A DNA stretch of 64,000 nucleotides. Source: Rhizophagus irregularis. Its lineage: Eukaryota. The stretch lies in the NCBI RefSeq assembly GCF_026210795.1, contig NC_089430.1, positions 2,232,001-2,296,000 of the forward strand, given 5' to 3'. Within the stretch, counting starts at the first letter, position 1. Every line of letters starts with the position of its first letter. Both the position numbers and the translations under genes were made by a program. Below are positions 38,513-53,456 of the stretch, piece by piece. The notes under the pieces are model-generated. The model saw only the letters and a program-made list of their open reading frames with translations. It was not told where the DNA came from and made no database searches.

Positions 38513-40923
38513 TTTATAGGTTATTTGAAAACATAAAATAATCAAAGGTGATAAAGTAATTTATGTAAAAAAAATCTTTTGATTCTTGTTATAAAGATTT
38601 TGTTAAAAAATCTTTAACGAAAGCTCAATAAGATATGTATATATATTTATTAAACTTTTGTTAAAATTTCTTTTATGCTTTTAGTTTTCAACGTTCTATA
38701 AAATAGTTTGATAAATAGTTTTTTTTGTCAATATATATATTTTTTTCGTTAAGGTTTAGTAATTCAAAATAAGGATTTTGTGCGCGCCAAGTTAGAGTTG
38801 ATCGTGCGATATTCCAAACAGTTACACCTCTATTACACACACAAGGAATGTATAAACACAGAGCCCGATTTGATTTTGGGATAGTGACATTTCAGGATGT
38901 ATATCGTGGAATTGAATTCCACCGAATAGTACTTTGATTTGGTGAAACGCTTAATTTCTCATATTATCTTTATTCATGCCAATAATATCGGATAATTTGA
39001 TTATGTACAGATCGGCTAAACTCGTGGACCGACAGAAATGATCGACCCGTGGCTCATGTATTGGACCGAATCTATACGATTCCTCATTTGGAAAACGGAT
39101 AAAATATGGTGCGTTTGATAATATTATATTTGCTTCATAAGTTAATAACTGTAATACATATAAGCAAGAATATATCCTAATCCTTGATTCTTCACAAATA
39201 CAATAAAGATAAAAAACCGCTTCAAATGACCTGATTATCCACACTAATACCTTCCTTATTTCATTCATACTTAAAACGCAATTACCTTATATGCTTACAT
39301 TTAATTGTAAATAAGGAAGATTCTGCGAAAACATTCTTTTTTTGTCTTTTTTTGTTAATTCAATAGAAAATGAATTAGTTAAATTGACTCGGAAATTATG
39401 GCATTGCATTTGGAGACAAAATTATTCTGCATACTTAGTATTATTACTATGTAGCACTAATATAAATGATCAACTTCCCATAATTCCATGGGAAATTCGG
39501 CTCGAAAGCTGGGTCCGGATGATCGACATCCATGAATTTTGAATAAGCCATCCGGATGATCAACATCCTAATTAGTTACACTTATGAAAAAATAATTATC
39601 CGGATGTTCAGTTTAGTCAAATTCTGGACATTCCGTGTCTCCAAATCGGGCTCGTTTTGTCCAATTTTTTTTTTTGTCCGGAATTTGAGTAATGAAAAAT
39701 TGAGAAGGAAAACTATATATTTTTTAGACATTTTCTGGATATGTATTATCTAGGAAAAAATTCAAATTTCCCTCTTTATACAAAATTATTGATAATGTTA
39801 GCCGAATTTATAAATTTCATAATTTAAATTATCGAAGTCCAAATTTAGAAGCAGAACGGTGTCGTACTAAGTGTCATACATCACAACTTTTCACATGTTG
39901 ATTATCTTCGATCATAGGAAATTCTAATTCAATTAGCATTTCTTTAAGTTTGTACTTAAAATTTTATCGTAGACTTTTTTTAAAAAGAGAAAAAAATAGC
40001 ATAAATATGACAATCATGTCATGATAGATGACTGAAACATAATATGCATAAAATATCCGTATTATTGCGAAATATATTCCGGACGATAACTTCCATACTA
40101 ATATATTATAAATTTAAAAAATTTAAAAATTTAAATTTATTTAAAACGTTTATTAGGAAATTAAATTGATCCACATGTTACATATTCAATATATTAAAGA
40201 GGGGGTAAAGAGATCGGCTTGCACCGGCAAGTCAAATGTCCGACAACTTTCTGTAAAAAAAAGTATTACTTAAATAAATTGATGCAATTATTTTATAAAA
40301 ACGTGCTTATCTAATATATTGACTGATGGAATAAATAAACTATAAATAAACTATTATTAGATATCCTTTTGTTCTTATTTCTATTTTTATTTTAATTTTT
40401 ATTTCCATTTTTATTTTTATTTTCAATAATTGAATTATAAAATTAATATGTATCTTATTATTATTCAGTGAATTTACAGTTTCAAATCACTTTGGAAAGT
40501 AAATATTTTCTTTGCATTGTAATAATTCAGGATTATTAAAGTAATTTACATAGCCTTATGATAGTGATTGCCGACATTTTATTTTACTTGCGTAAATATT
40601 AATAAATTAAATATAATAATAGACGAAATTAGGACGAATTGCGTGAAAAAGATTGAAATACTTGGAATTAAAATCTTCAAACTCTTAAGAAATCGCATTT
40701 CGGAAAACATTTCTCTTATCAAATATAGTATAGCACGATCTTCAGGATTATAGGGTTATTTATTACGACTACAGCAGCCTAGTGAATACGAATAAATTAT
40801 TCATACTCGCTAATACGTGATTACTGCGCCATTGCCATATAATAATCCGCAGCAACACGTGATTGTGAGACTTGCCTTATAGTTGTGCGTACGACTCGTA
40901 GCTAAAAACTACCGGATACATTA

Positions 40924-41115
40924 CAGCTGATTTCAAAAAGGTCTGGATACTTAACAAATTTTAAAGAACTCGTAAATATTCGGTAAAGCTTGATATAAAA
41001 TAAAAATTATACGTTAATTTTGGAGTACTATTCCGAGAATGGTGGTATAATTTTATCTTATTTTTAGCTTTACCGAATATTTCCGAGTTTGTCCTGTACA
41101 TTATGAAATCAGCTG
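40924..41115. mobile_element. TA-flanked MITE, CAGCTGATTTCA TIR
   Basis: TA|CAGCTGATTTCA...TGAAATCAGCTG|TA. Same TIR as 28862-29021. Confidence 0.8.
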
Positions 41116-41238
41116 TAAATCCAAACAATTACAAAAAAATGCGATTTTTTATAGAAAACATAGAGCTCGGGAACGATAATTACTTGGTTAATTAACTGGT
41201 TAAAAACGATACTCATCGGTCAATCAACTAGATTAATT

Positions 41239-41404
41239 AGGTTATACTAATTCGCCTCTAGTTCCATTGATTCTGACTAGTGAACCGGGTCCAATTGATC
41301 AACATCTGGAATGTTTTGATTTTGTAATCATTTGTAATCATCCGGACCCATGTCATTTACACATCGGATCCAATGGGAACCTGAGGCGAAAATTAGTATA
41401 ACCT
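41239..41404. mobile_element. PIF/Harbinger-like MITE with 3-bp TSD ATT
   Basis: ATT|AGGTTATACTAATTCGCCTC ... GAGGCGAAAATTAGTATAACCT|ATT. Confidence 0.7.
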
Positions 41405-44400
41405 ATTGGGCCAGAATAATTATCCGGTTAAAAATGCGTTAATTATGGTAAAATTGTAATGCCGGCCGGAATTAAGGTTTTGGACGTTACCGTATATAAT
41501 TAAGAAAAGGGAAATGAATTCAGCGATCTTCAAACAAAAATTAACTTTCGATTTATATTTTATTATTTTATTATTTTATATAAATTAACTTTGATATAAT
41601 TGATACTTCTGTTATCTGCTGTTAAGGAATGTATAAGCGCAAATTTTGCATAAAATAAACATATATTTCATATGAATAAATTGAGAAACGTATTTAAAGT
41701 TTTTTGCATCGGTTTCTAGCTCTAAAATAATTGCAAGCTTTTTTTCATTATGAGATTATTTGAAATCGCTATAATTCATTAAAATGTAGATATTTCTAAA
41801 TTAAATACTGTAGTTGATCTTAAAAATTTTCCGCTAATCGTAATTACCGTCACGCAGAAATAGCATTAGATTATGTAACAGAACCCTGTCGTACACTTTC
41901 AAAATAGATTTGTCGCACTGTGATATAAATTTCCTTTTAAGATGATCGCGTGTAGCTACTTTTTGTCGTACATTAAATAGTCTACAAGAAAAAAGGAAAA
42001 AAGATCCGTCGTACGCTTATAACAAAGATTAATTGTACGATACACTTTCAGCCAAGTTGAAAATTATTATATAAAAATTGGATTAAAATTTTTCCAATAA
42101 AAAAATCTGACTCCACTGTATTTTTTCACTTACAAAAGCTGGTAAGCATTGAGGAAAATTTTAGTTATCTACATCATACATGAATCCTATGAATGCTGAT
42201 ACAATTAATATATAGCGATGAATTTCCCTTTCCCCGTTTCACAACTAATAAAAAAATATACCGATATTATATATGATTTCACGATATAAAATAATTCCTT
42301 TGCCCTTTTATAGTAATACATATACCAATATTTTGGTTACACTGGGTTACACTGATCTTAATTTACGATCATATGCATATGAGTTTTGAAATTATTATTG
42401 GTTGATCAAAAGTTAATCATAATGCTGGAAAGAGCTAGATTTTGCCCGCATTATAATTTGCTACCGAATTACATGTACCGATATTTTGATATACCGATAA
42501 TTTTTTCCTAAAAAAGCTGTATCAGTATATACAATGTGTATAGAAGTTTGACTTGTACATTTTACAATTTTGTACAAACATACAGTATTTCTGCTGATGT
42601 TGTACACTTGAGCAAAATTTTGCTGGACACTTTGGCAATTTCTCAAACAGAGTTCATTATGTAAAAAATTTTCATATTCAGGGGCCCTGTTTAAGTTTAA
42701 CTCAGAAAATATTGCAACCCGTCGATTGAGGCAGCAATATGATCTTTCTTTTCTTTTCTCTATTTTATGATTATTCATTTATATTTAACATTTTATCTAT
42801 TGTCTCATTTACTGCATTTATTGTTAAAGAATACATTTGTTTTTCGCATATATACTCGTCTCTGTCACCATCAAGGCAATCCTTATTAATTTTAATTCTG
42901 GCCGAATTTATAATTCCAGTCAGGATTAATGAAATCATGCGCAAGGCCGTAGCTAATGCGATAATCTATACAGCGTCAAAATCTAGTTATAGGCTTAGCT
43001 ATTTAGCAAAAATAGGAGCGTTATCTTCAAATATTATTCGAATTAACCATAGAAACAATAATTTATTATTCGATGGGACAAATTCAATAATCATTGATAG
43101 AAATATAAGAAAAACCTTAGGGAAGGGAAAGGCCAATCCTACTCATCTCAGGAGTCTAGTCCACTAATTAGATAGTAAATTAGGAAGGAATCAGGGAGAC
43201 CATAGAAGAGACACTACCTATTATGCTACTAATTATCTATACCTAATAGTCATACTAAAGGTGGAAGGAATCAAACTATCAAAGGGAGGGGAGGAAGAGC
43301 CCCGAGTATGATACAGTATATATATACGAACAGAATTCAAATAATATATGTTTCAACAAGTTTTTAGATCATGAACATTTATCCTTTACACTTCATAACA
43401 AAATTGATTGGTGCTGGATCACAATCTACATCTTTAAAGCAAATTAACTAATTAACTTATATTACACTCACGTAATAAACACTTTAATGTTTCCACTACA
43501 ATCATCTTTGGACATGCACCAACAGCATAACAGCATACAAACTTTGTCATAAATGTAACAAATTGTCAATCTTAAAAAGAAAGAAGTTCGGGTTTCACCT
43601 TGTATAATGTAATACACTTAGATCTTACACATATTTTCCCAATACTATACCTCGTACGTCAAATACTCTTACCGTTTCTGTTAAAACAGTGTCTCCACTG
43701 GCAGAAAATCCACCGCCCAATCCTCTGAAATTTGGATACGTTAGTCATCTAATAATTTTTTACACAATGGACCTTGGTTACAACATATTTCTTCTAATTT
43801 ACAGTAACCACGTTCCCTAGGTTATAGGTCATTCCATTTTATATAGCTCTTTTTTTAGTTTTATCTATTAACGAAGGAGTAGGTTTGCCAATATGGAGAA
43901 TGGCAATATGAAGAATAGATCTTATCGTGTTAACCATCTTATTTTTTACTAACTGAAGTCATAGACATGTATATTATATTCTCCGTAATTATTCTTCTAA
44001 ATAAAATAAAAATAAAGTCCAATTATAGCGACTTTTGTTAAAAGGTCGCAAACCGCAAGAAATTGCAAATTATCGTTGCATTAAATAATGCCTATACAAA
44101 CTGATTTTAGGATGCCAAATATCAAAGAAATTCACGATAATTCACTCAAATAATAATATTTATTAAGTCACAATGTTTTTTTACTACAATATTTTCTAAT
44201 GAAATTTGCATATCCATACTTTATTATCTAAATTATTCTCCTATTATCTGTAGTAAGTTATTAAAGTTTCTTGCAAAAAAGAATAATATGATCTTTGAGA
44301 GCATATCGTGTTGAACTTTTTTAGATTATAAAATTCTTGTAAAAAATAAAAAATCTATTAATAGTATCAAAATTATAATAGTATGAAAGGTAAAATTGTT

Positions 44401-44554
44401 TCGCTGATCATGGGATGCGACTGCTATGTAATAAAACAACGGGTCCCTTAATATATACGATATTAACGTACGAACTAGCAGGAGTTAACGCTATCACGTG
44501 CAAGTGCATAACTCCTCAATTCTGGTAGGATGTACGTACACCCTGTACGTTTAG

Positions 44555-44905
44555 GTACGTTTCGCCGAAAATGGTAGCGATTAACATTTTTATAATAAAT
44601 ATTCATCGCGCAATGAGTAACTGATAATAACTTTATATTCCGAAAACATAAAAGTAAAACTCATCTGATCCAAAAATTTTTCTAGGAAAGATTAATGTAT
44701 TTAATATAAAAACAATAAAATAACCAAATGGAATAAATAATTTTTCGGCGAAATGTCCATTCCATTCGGCAAATGTCCATTCGATAAAAAGCTTCGGTGA
44801 AACGGAATTCGGTGAAACGCCCCTTCGGCGAAATATCCCTTTGGGGAAATATACCTTCGGCGAAATAGCTTCGGCGAAATGAGTTTCGGTGAAATCGATA
44901 CCACG
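44555..44905. mobile_element. TTCGGCGAAAT-repeat fold-back family copy
   Basis: Shares internal sequence (aaatggtagcgattaa...ctaggaaaga) in reverse with 48066-48545. Confidence 0.65.
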
Positions 44906-46219
44906 TTAAGGACACCCATAGCGTTATATACGAAGGATTTACTAATTTACCCCAATTTTCTGATTATAGGATTAGGGCTAGGGCAGTGATGTGCTCTTAG
45001 GAATTTGGAAGCACTATTGGAAGCACCTTTGGAAGATTGGAAGCACTATTGAACCACCTTTGGAAAGATTGGAAGCGTAATTTTCTAATAAAACCATTTG
45101 GATTGAAAGCTTCCTACCAAATTTTTATTACAAATGCACATCTGCGTTAGGTAGGTTATTTAGCACATCCTTTTTTCCTTATAAACTCGGTTTTTTTTAG
45201 TATGAAAATCCCTATTTGTCACCCCTAAATATGGGGTAAATTAGTGGTAATCTACCCCCATTACGAATATTACGAAAAGAAAGATGAAAGGTGGCTGAAA
45301 ATCACATGGCAAAATTTAATTGGTGATCGGGCAAAATTTTGCCCACATTATCGAATCACGAATCACGAATTTAATAGTTGTAATAATAAATATACTTTGC
45401 ATAACTTTAACTAAATATATATATAATTCTATAAGTTGACCTTTATTATTATTGTACGATATATAGTTATTTTTCAAAAAATTATTTTATTTTTTTTTTC
45501 TCATTTTATTATAAGTAATTATTTTTATGTATAATAAATCGTTAGAATTTTCAGAGATTTGTTTCCATTGTAACCACATTTGGATAATTTTTGAATATTC
45601 GAAAATGAAATAAATAAATAATTATTAATGAATTCTCTTGCGTACTGAATATTTCTTGTTATTGGATTCTTCAATTAATTCTTCAAATTGATTATTGTTT
45701 ATATCAATCATATTCTTTTGTAATACTTACTAAATAAACGTAATTTAAGTATAAAATTAATGAATAATGTTATTTTAATCCTAATTATATTAAAATTACC
45801 TTTATCGTATTTGATTCTTCAATTATTCAATTAACGTTTCAAGTTTACAGTCAAACCTCTACGATACAGCTTTTTGGGGAAAAAAATATCGGATATAGGA
45901 TTATTGGTACATGTAATTCTTTAGCAAATTATAATGCGGTTCAAAATCTAGTTCTTGCCAGCATTATGGTTAACTTTTTAGCCAACCAATAATAATTTCA
46001 AAATTCATATGATCGTTAACTCAGCCAAATTTATGGTGCTGGGCAAACTTAAGTATCAGTGTAACCAAAATATCGGTATATGTTGTTATACATTACTATA
46101 AAGGAACAAAGGAATTGTATTCATATATGTTATATCATCTAAAATGATAATATTATAAATTTATATAAAATTCGATAAACCGGATTCGGGTTGGAACCAA
46201 ATCACGTATATTGAAATAC

Positions 46220-46508
46220 TAGCCCTGTTCATTTCTGTTCTGTTCTGTTCTGTTCCGATTTTACCAAAGTTTTTAACCAATCAAATTCATTTAAAAATTG
46301 GAACAACAACCGGAACAACGCCAGATTAAAAAAATTGATGATCCGAGTGTTCCGAAATTTGAAAATGCAATACATGCTTTAATATGGTCGGTTATAAATA
46401 AACTGAACAGATTGACACCGATTTTTCTACTCAATTTATGCCTTTCTTAATTGGCTAAAATTAATTACACTAAAATCAGAACGGAACAGAACAGAAATGA
46501 ACAGGCTA
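46220..46508. mobile_element. MITE with ~37-bp TIR rich in CTGTT repeats
   Basis: TAGCCCTGTTCATTTCTGTTCTGTTC... / ...GAACAGAACAGAAATGAACAGGCTA. No clear TSD. Confidence 0.75.
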
Positions 46509-48065
46509 CTATATATCGGAGTTTATTAGAAAAAGGTCATACCCAATTACCCATACTATAAATATCAGATGTTCGCAGCGCATTTGCGATTTTATTAATT
46601 AAAATAATAGAAAATTAAGTAATAATCTACGAAACTACTCATTATTAAATCACAAATCACTCGTCATACCTAATTGTACCCCACGTGTGTACTGTCGATT
46701 GTCATTTGACTCAATCGTGTCGTTCTTGCCCTATTTTCCCTATTTTCTACGTCGGGTGACCACGGGATCCACGATATTGGCTTATATTACCTATGGTTAA
46801 CAATATATTCCACTATGAAAATCCTGATGTATAAATTTTTTTCATGAAAAAAACCAATTTATTATAAACCTTTATTAATCTGGGCAAATATAAGTCACGT
46901 GACTAGTAATCAACCAATAAAAATTTAGATTTCAATTATAAAACATAAAACATTGTAGATATTTATAAAATATTTTCATATATATGTTCATAATTAATTA
47001 TTTTTTTAAAAATAATTAATGGAATTAATGGTAATTTTGGCTGAAATTAAGATACTATTACAATATTGGCCTAAATTATGAAAAATTTTGGCCTATTATA
47101 TTTGAAGTCAATCATAAAATTTAATGCTTATAACCTTTTATTTAGATATTTATTTAAAAATTTGACTGGTAGTTTAATAGTAGTTTTTTAAAATTTTGTT
47201 TTTTAAGGTGGTGAAAGTTTTTAAGCACTACAATTATATTTTTGAGTATAGATTCCCGGCACCATATTAAAATTATAAATACACTACTATACCCATCTGA
47301 AATTCGCCATAAAATATATAATTATTCCATGTAATCGCTGTGAAATTTTTTAGAATCCCCTCCACTCGCATATTTCATTATAAACATTAATTCTTTTGTT
47401 ATACATTTAATATAAATTTATTAAAATTGTAAATTTAATAGTTTGAACTAGTATATCAAATATTTTTAGACCCAGAATATTACCTCGTTTAGAAAGTATT
47501 TATTTGGTTTAAAAATTTTTTATAGAACAACATATAAATAATACCAAATCCTCCTTCTGCTATTTTTCTAAACATTTAATTTTTGAATATGAAATCTATT
47601 TTATTTTCGGTAGATAATTAAAATTATCTTTCATAAAACTATTTATATTTAATAGATTAAAACTTTTGTTAGTATTATCAATAGAAATTTCATAATTATA
47701 TATCTACGTCCAATATACATTTTGACATTCAAATTTAGTTACAAATTATACATTGGATGTAAGTATCCAGGTAAATAAAGAATTGGAGTTGTTTTTTTTT
47801 CCAATTCAAAAGAAATTTGATAGCAGCAATTTGAACATAGCTTAGACTCAATTGATGTATTTTCATGAATTAATTTTTTACATAATTTGCAATTTTTTTT
47901 ACTTTCAATAATTTTTAAAATCTATTATTTGTAACAACTTTATTAAAATATAAGATTTTAGGATATTTATTGCACTAATCCTGAATACAACAATCTAATA
48001 TTCTTTCAATACACTGAGTATTGTTTGTACTTATATATACACATATATACACCTAAGAGATTATT

Positions 48066-48545
48066 GGTATCGGGACTTTTGCCGAAATTATTTCGCCGAA
48101 GCCATTTACCGAATGGTCATTTCGCGACATTTTGCCGAATGGTCATGATTTCGCTGAAATATTATTTATTTTGTTTGGTTATTTTATCGTTTTATATAAA
48201 AAAATCTTTCTAGAAAAATTTTGAACTAGATGATTTTTATCAAATTTATCTCGTTGTTGTTTATACATTAACCTTTTTTTACTTTTTCGTGAATAGTAAA
48301 TATTTTCAGGAAATAAAATTACTTATTTATTGCTTAACAATAATATCAGTTGCTTGAATGTTTCATTGCGTGATGAATATTTTTTATAAAATATTAATCG
48401 CTACCATTTTCGGCGAAATGTCCATTCAGCGAAATGGAATTAGGTAATAATATGCACTTTTGGTAAAACTTCCTTTCAGCGAAACGTCCCTTTGTCGAAA
48501 CATATGTGAATGGCTTCGGCGAAATGGGTTTCGGTGAAATGAATT
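48066..48545. mobile_element. TTTCGCCGAA-repeat fold-back element
   Basis: Forward repeats at 48070-48160 and reverse repeats at 48410-48545. Confidence 0.65.
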
Positions 48546-49070
48546 TTGTTCAAATAAAAGTATTGCAGAAAATTTACTAATGCAATAATCACATTTATCT
48601 ACATCATTAGTAAAAGGAATAAACATAATTGGATTAAAAGAGTTTTTTATTTTTTGAATTTGTTTGAGGATAATATGAAATCAAACTTATAAATGAAAGA
48701 TAATCAAAGTTTTCAATAAACTTCTATTTTTAAAGATTCTAATCCATTAAAAGTATATAATTCATTATAATTAGCAATTTGATTATTAATATCAGCATTA
48801 ATTTTCTATAAAATTCTTCGGGTAATAATTGATATTCTTTTGCATTTCTTATATTGAGATTGATCGTGACGCGTGCACTTCGCCACGTGATCCAATATGT
48901 GATTGACGTTCATAAACATATATAGTCCTTCGCTTTGCTCCGGACAATTAATTTTCCACACAATCTACAATACATTTCACTTTTCTCAATATAATTAATA
49001 TAATTATTATAATCATATGAGAACACTTGATTGAAATATTCAATATTCTTAATTATCAGTACATGCATGC

Positions 49071-49247
49071 CCCTATAAAAAATTTTATCCGTTATTTCTG
49101 TAAAAACTCCGTAAAAATGAGGATCCATCCACGGAAAATGTAAATAATTCGATAAATTCCGCGATATAAGGTTATTAATTCCGGAAATATGAGCCTTTTA
49201 CGGAAAAAAGATGGAATATAAAAAACGGATTGACCTTTTTTACAGGG
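49071..49247 (-). mobile_element. Copy of the CCCTRTAA MITE (inverted)
   Basis: Reverse complement of 32536-32710, flanked by ATGC/ATGC. Confidence 0.85.
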
Positions 49248-50329
49248 ATGCTCAATACATGCATCTAAGTATTTTTCAGCAGCATTGTTATTCTCAAGGT
49301 ACTTCAATAAACAGTTATTGCAATAGTTTGAAAGAGTAAATGAGTATAAATCTCTACGATAGATACAAAATTTTCCATATATATCAAATGGAATGAATAA
49401 AATCGGTACAGGACTAGATAATTTTGGCGTTGAAATAAAATTTGAAAGTTAAAATATTCTAAATAGATGATTCTTTACAACGTCATTAAAGGAGGCTATT
49501 GTCACGTGTAATGACTGGTCATTATTATATTATCTTAAATAATAAGATCGGTTCTTTTTTGTGGGGTACTATGCATGAAGTACTGTGGCCCGCAAAATAT
49601 TGTAACTTTTTGCAGTTTTGCTCTTTTTTTCGAAAGACACGAGACAAATGTTACAAAACAATCCGGTGTGTAAATAAACGGATGTCCCGTGCATATCGGT
49701 AGATTTGCAATCATATGTCAATTTATTATAATAAATTTATTATTAGAAATGGGGAATCCCTGACATGTGATTGCGCAAATCCGCTGATATGGTAACTTAA
49801 ATATTAGTACATTGTGCATTCTCTACCGAGAACAATCCTTTTTTTGTACTATTGTTCTTATAATAAACTTTCTGTCGCCAGTGCATCAATGATTCAATGA
49901 TCTGCGATTATCAGAATTTAGTCTCTTATCAAAAAATACAGGGCAATGATAAAAAAAAAATGTACAAATCAAAAAAAAATACATAGTAGGAGTCATTCTT
50001 CTCATTATAAAAGTTAGCAGAAAAATTTGCTTACTATGGTATTTGTGATACAAATGATTCGCTTATTATATATAAATTTAAATTTGTCAAATTTACTGCC
50101 AAACTTGATATATTATTAACAAATTAAAGTTCGTGATGAACTATTATGACAATTTTTGCTATATTAGTATACTCTTTATATAATAATTTAACTTCAAAAA
50201 TGTTAGCAGGTAAATATGTCTGCGTTACAAACAGAACGAAGATTTAATAATACTTAATAAATTAATTTCAGTAAAAATAAAAATTTTTTAATGAAAAATA
50301 AAAACTGATATAGAGTATTGGTATGTTTT

Positions 50330-50830
50330 TAAAAAAATATGTACATCATTATGCTCATTTCCCGAACTGGATCATTTTCCCGAAATTTCAATTTCCCGAG
50401 TGCCAGTCACATCTTTTTAATATTTGTATTATATGGTAGTAATTTTTTTATGGTTTTCACGTGAAAAAGTTTACGTACATATTTGAATTATTATTAAAAA
50501 TATGATATACTGTATGTTCATTTCCCGAACTGGATCATTTCCCGAAATTCCAATTTCCTGAACGCCAATTTCCCGAATGACAATTCGTACATTTTTTTGA
50601 ATTTATTTCATATGTGTTTATATGGTATTATTTAAAAAATATGATATACTGCTATATGCTCATTTCCCAAAATTCCAATTTCCTGAACGCCAATTTCCCG
50701 AATGCCAGTTTACTAATGCCAGTTTCCCGAATGATAATTTCCAATATCTAGATTATAAAATATGTATTTATATAATAGATCAGGTGAATTTTTTTATGGT
50801 TCTTCCGTAAAAAAGTTTACGTACATATTG
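50330..50830. repeat. Degenerate tandem repeat (~130-165 bp) with TTTCCCGAA motifs
   Basis: aaaaatatg...tatgYtcatttccc(g)aa occurs three times, and aaaagtttacgtacatat twice. Confidence 0.7.
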
Positions 50831-50983
50831 CATTATTATTTTAATTATTAATTATATTTTTAAAACTCTCGTTAATTAATGCTAATTTATTTTAAATTTT
50901 GTAATCAAATGATCTTTTGGTAGCTAAGCCAAAAATGGAATGAGATATTTATCGTAATTAAAATGACCATTCGGGTATTACAG

Positions 50984-51250
50984 CAAAATTCGAAATATAG
51001 AAAATTTTTATTGTTGGGATTGTCGGATACTCGGGTTACTCGGCTAGTCAGGTTATTTAAAGTATAATTGTATATACTATATAATATATGATGTAATTAT
51101 TATGTTATATTAAAATTTAATTAAAGTGTATGCGTGAAGCCATCATATATATGTGATATCTTTTCTAATAACCCGACTATCCGAGTAACCCGAGTATCCG
51201 ACAATCCCGACAATAAAAATTTTCAAGTGTCCACTATATTTCGAATTTTG
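50984..51250. mobile_element. Fold-back inverted repeat (~70-bp arms)
   Basis: caaaattcgaaatatag..aaaatttttattgttgggattgtcggatactcgggttactcgg pairs with ccgagtaacccgagtatccgacaatcccgacaataaaaatttt..ctatatttcgaattttg. Confidence 0.8.
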
Positions 51251-53259
51251 ATAATATTAAATTGGAGGTTTCGGGAAAATGATATACTCGGGAATATGTT
51301 CTATTCCGGATAACTGATTATCCGGCGGATATTCGGAATATCGTCAGATTGATCCATCCGATCCCGTTTTACGCGGTATGGGATGGCCAGAAATAATGTA
51401 ATTTAAATTTTAGTATCAAGAAGTGATTCTAAAAGATTAATCTAGATGATCACTATTCATTTTGAAGAATTGGGCTAAATTGTTTCAAATTTTCTTGTGC
51501 CAAGTAGATCAAGAGATAGAATAATAGATTCTTGCGGCTTCCCTTAGGCTAGAATATATAGAGGAATTTATGTTTACAGTATTCTTTTTTAAGTATATAT
51601 TATTATTAGTTTAGCTATACCACTACCCGCCCCTCTCTACGTCATCATCCATTTTAGGGAAATGCAAAATTAACATAATTCCGGCCAGGATTATATTAAC
51701 TACAAATCAAAAAAAAAAACCGGATAACTTAAAAAAAAAGTTATAAAAAACTTTAATAAATTCTAAATAATGATTTACAGCAAATTTCATAAGCCGCAGG
51801 ACACCTAATCATATGCCGAGAGACTCTTTACATTCGAAAATACTCGGTAAAGCGTTAAATTCGGAGCGCTGGTCCGAGTACAATGGTATAGTTCTTGTTT
51901 TATTCTGAACTATACCGAATATTATCAAGTTTCTCTCGACAAGGAGTAAAAACGACGGAACTTTGCCAAAAATTATGCAAGATAAATACTGAGCATGCAT
52001 ATCAGGCTTAATATCTCGAACTGTGCTCCAAATATGTTGAACATGATCGGATTTGGGACAAACCTGAACTCAAATAAACAAATTACAGTAAATTGAAGAA
52101 TCAGATATAATTAATAAACTGACATCTTCCTTAACACCATCTCTGCCATTACGTACTATACACACCCAAGCAGTTTGTATACAAAGTAGACTTATAGATT
52201 AAAAATTCTCCAGAACCAGTAAATAATAGTTCAGCAAGTAATGCTTCAGAAATATATTTTACATTATCAATTAATCTAAGTAATTACGTCACTAATAGAA
52301 ATATTTGATACTAAGTTTAAATATTTTTAACATTATATCGTTTGCTAGATTCGCGAGTCGCGACGCACATTATATTGTTTAAATTATAGTTTTAGAATAG
52401 ATAAGAATCAACATTTAATGTAGATGATATTTGTAATTTATTAACATTCAAGCTATATATTATTAATTTCAAAATTTATATTTTTACAATCCTTTAAAGT
52501 CTTACCTTCTGCATATTAAAGAGCCATAATATATCTTTTGTTACTGGAACTTGAACCATACAGTATGTTACAAGAACAAATTTTTTTATACCTCATTTAA
52601 GAAATTCAGTTATCAAAAATATTTTGTGAATTATTTAAACATTTTAAGGCAACTTTTTTTATTTAAATTTTTTTACATTCATATTTGTTTTTATTAAATT
52701 TAAATTCCATATTGCTAAACATATTGTAAAATATCGTTTTTTCTAATACAATTTAATTGATTGTATGGTATCCGATAGATAATAATTATGTCACTCTGAT
52801 AATGATGAGTTTAATAACTACCATCCTCAGAAAAAATAATTGTTAGTTAGTACCACCGCTGCGCTGGTGAATTACATCTTACCAGAATTAAGGTAGAATT
52901 TGGGCAGAATTAAAAAATGTCATGAAACTCCGCCCGTTAATATCTGTTCGGAATGTCGACCATTTTGGCAAAATTAACGTTAATTTTCCCATATGCTAAT
53001 AATGCTGGTGTGATAACATTTCAAATAATGTAATTCACAAAACAATATTAATCAATTTTAAATGAGATATGAAATTTGTTTATAAATTAATTTTATATAA
53101 TTATTAAATATATATTCAGTAATTATTTGTTATTATTACTACTCTAAAATTTTGTCTGACGAGAGAAGAAATTTTTTATTAAGATTCATGTATTTGACTG
53201 ACGTGACTGCAAAAAAAAAAAAAATTAATTAAAATTTCTTGAAAATTCGTTATTACATA

Positions 53260-53456
53260 CAGTGACACCTCTCTAAGTGCACCCCCCTTGGGACCATAGT
53301 AAAAAAATAGTAGAATGTGCACTTAGAGAGGGTGTGCATTTATAGAGAGTAAAATATTAAGAGCTCTTATAAGTTGGGACCAGGCCCACCGTGCACTTAA
53401 AGAGAATTTATATAGTGCGTGCACTTATAGAGGGTGCACTTATAGAGGTGTCACTG
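53260..53456. mobile_element. Tc1/mariner (pogo-like) MITE, TA TSD
   Basis: TA|CAGTGACACCTCTCTAAGTGCACCC ... GGGTGCACTTATAGAGGTGTCACTG|TA, with internal GTGCACTTA repeats. Confidence 0.9.

Larger units (their letters stand above)
47200..49480 (-). pseudogene. Heavily decayed gene of the Glomeromycota Cys-rich (kinase-associated) family, interrupted by several MITEs
   Basis: Fragments SSPVPILFIPF...YCNNCLLKY, MFIPFTNDVDKCDYC...LLFEQ, LCSNCCYQISFE and TPILYLP, with many stops. The family was recognised from memory. Confidence 0.5.

Noticed and set aside
42461..43167. 105-aa and 142-aa ORFs
   Set aside because: They overlap MITE remnants and show no recognisable motifs or coding composition.
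45540..45840. Possible HMG-box remnant on the minus strand (KLSKMW...WKQISE)
   Set aside because: Too short and too degenerate to support.
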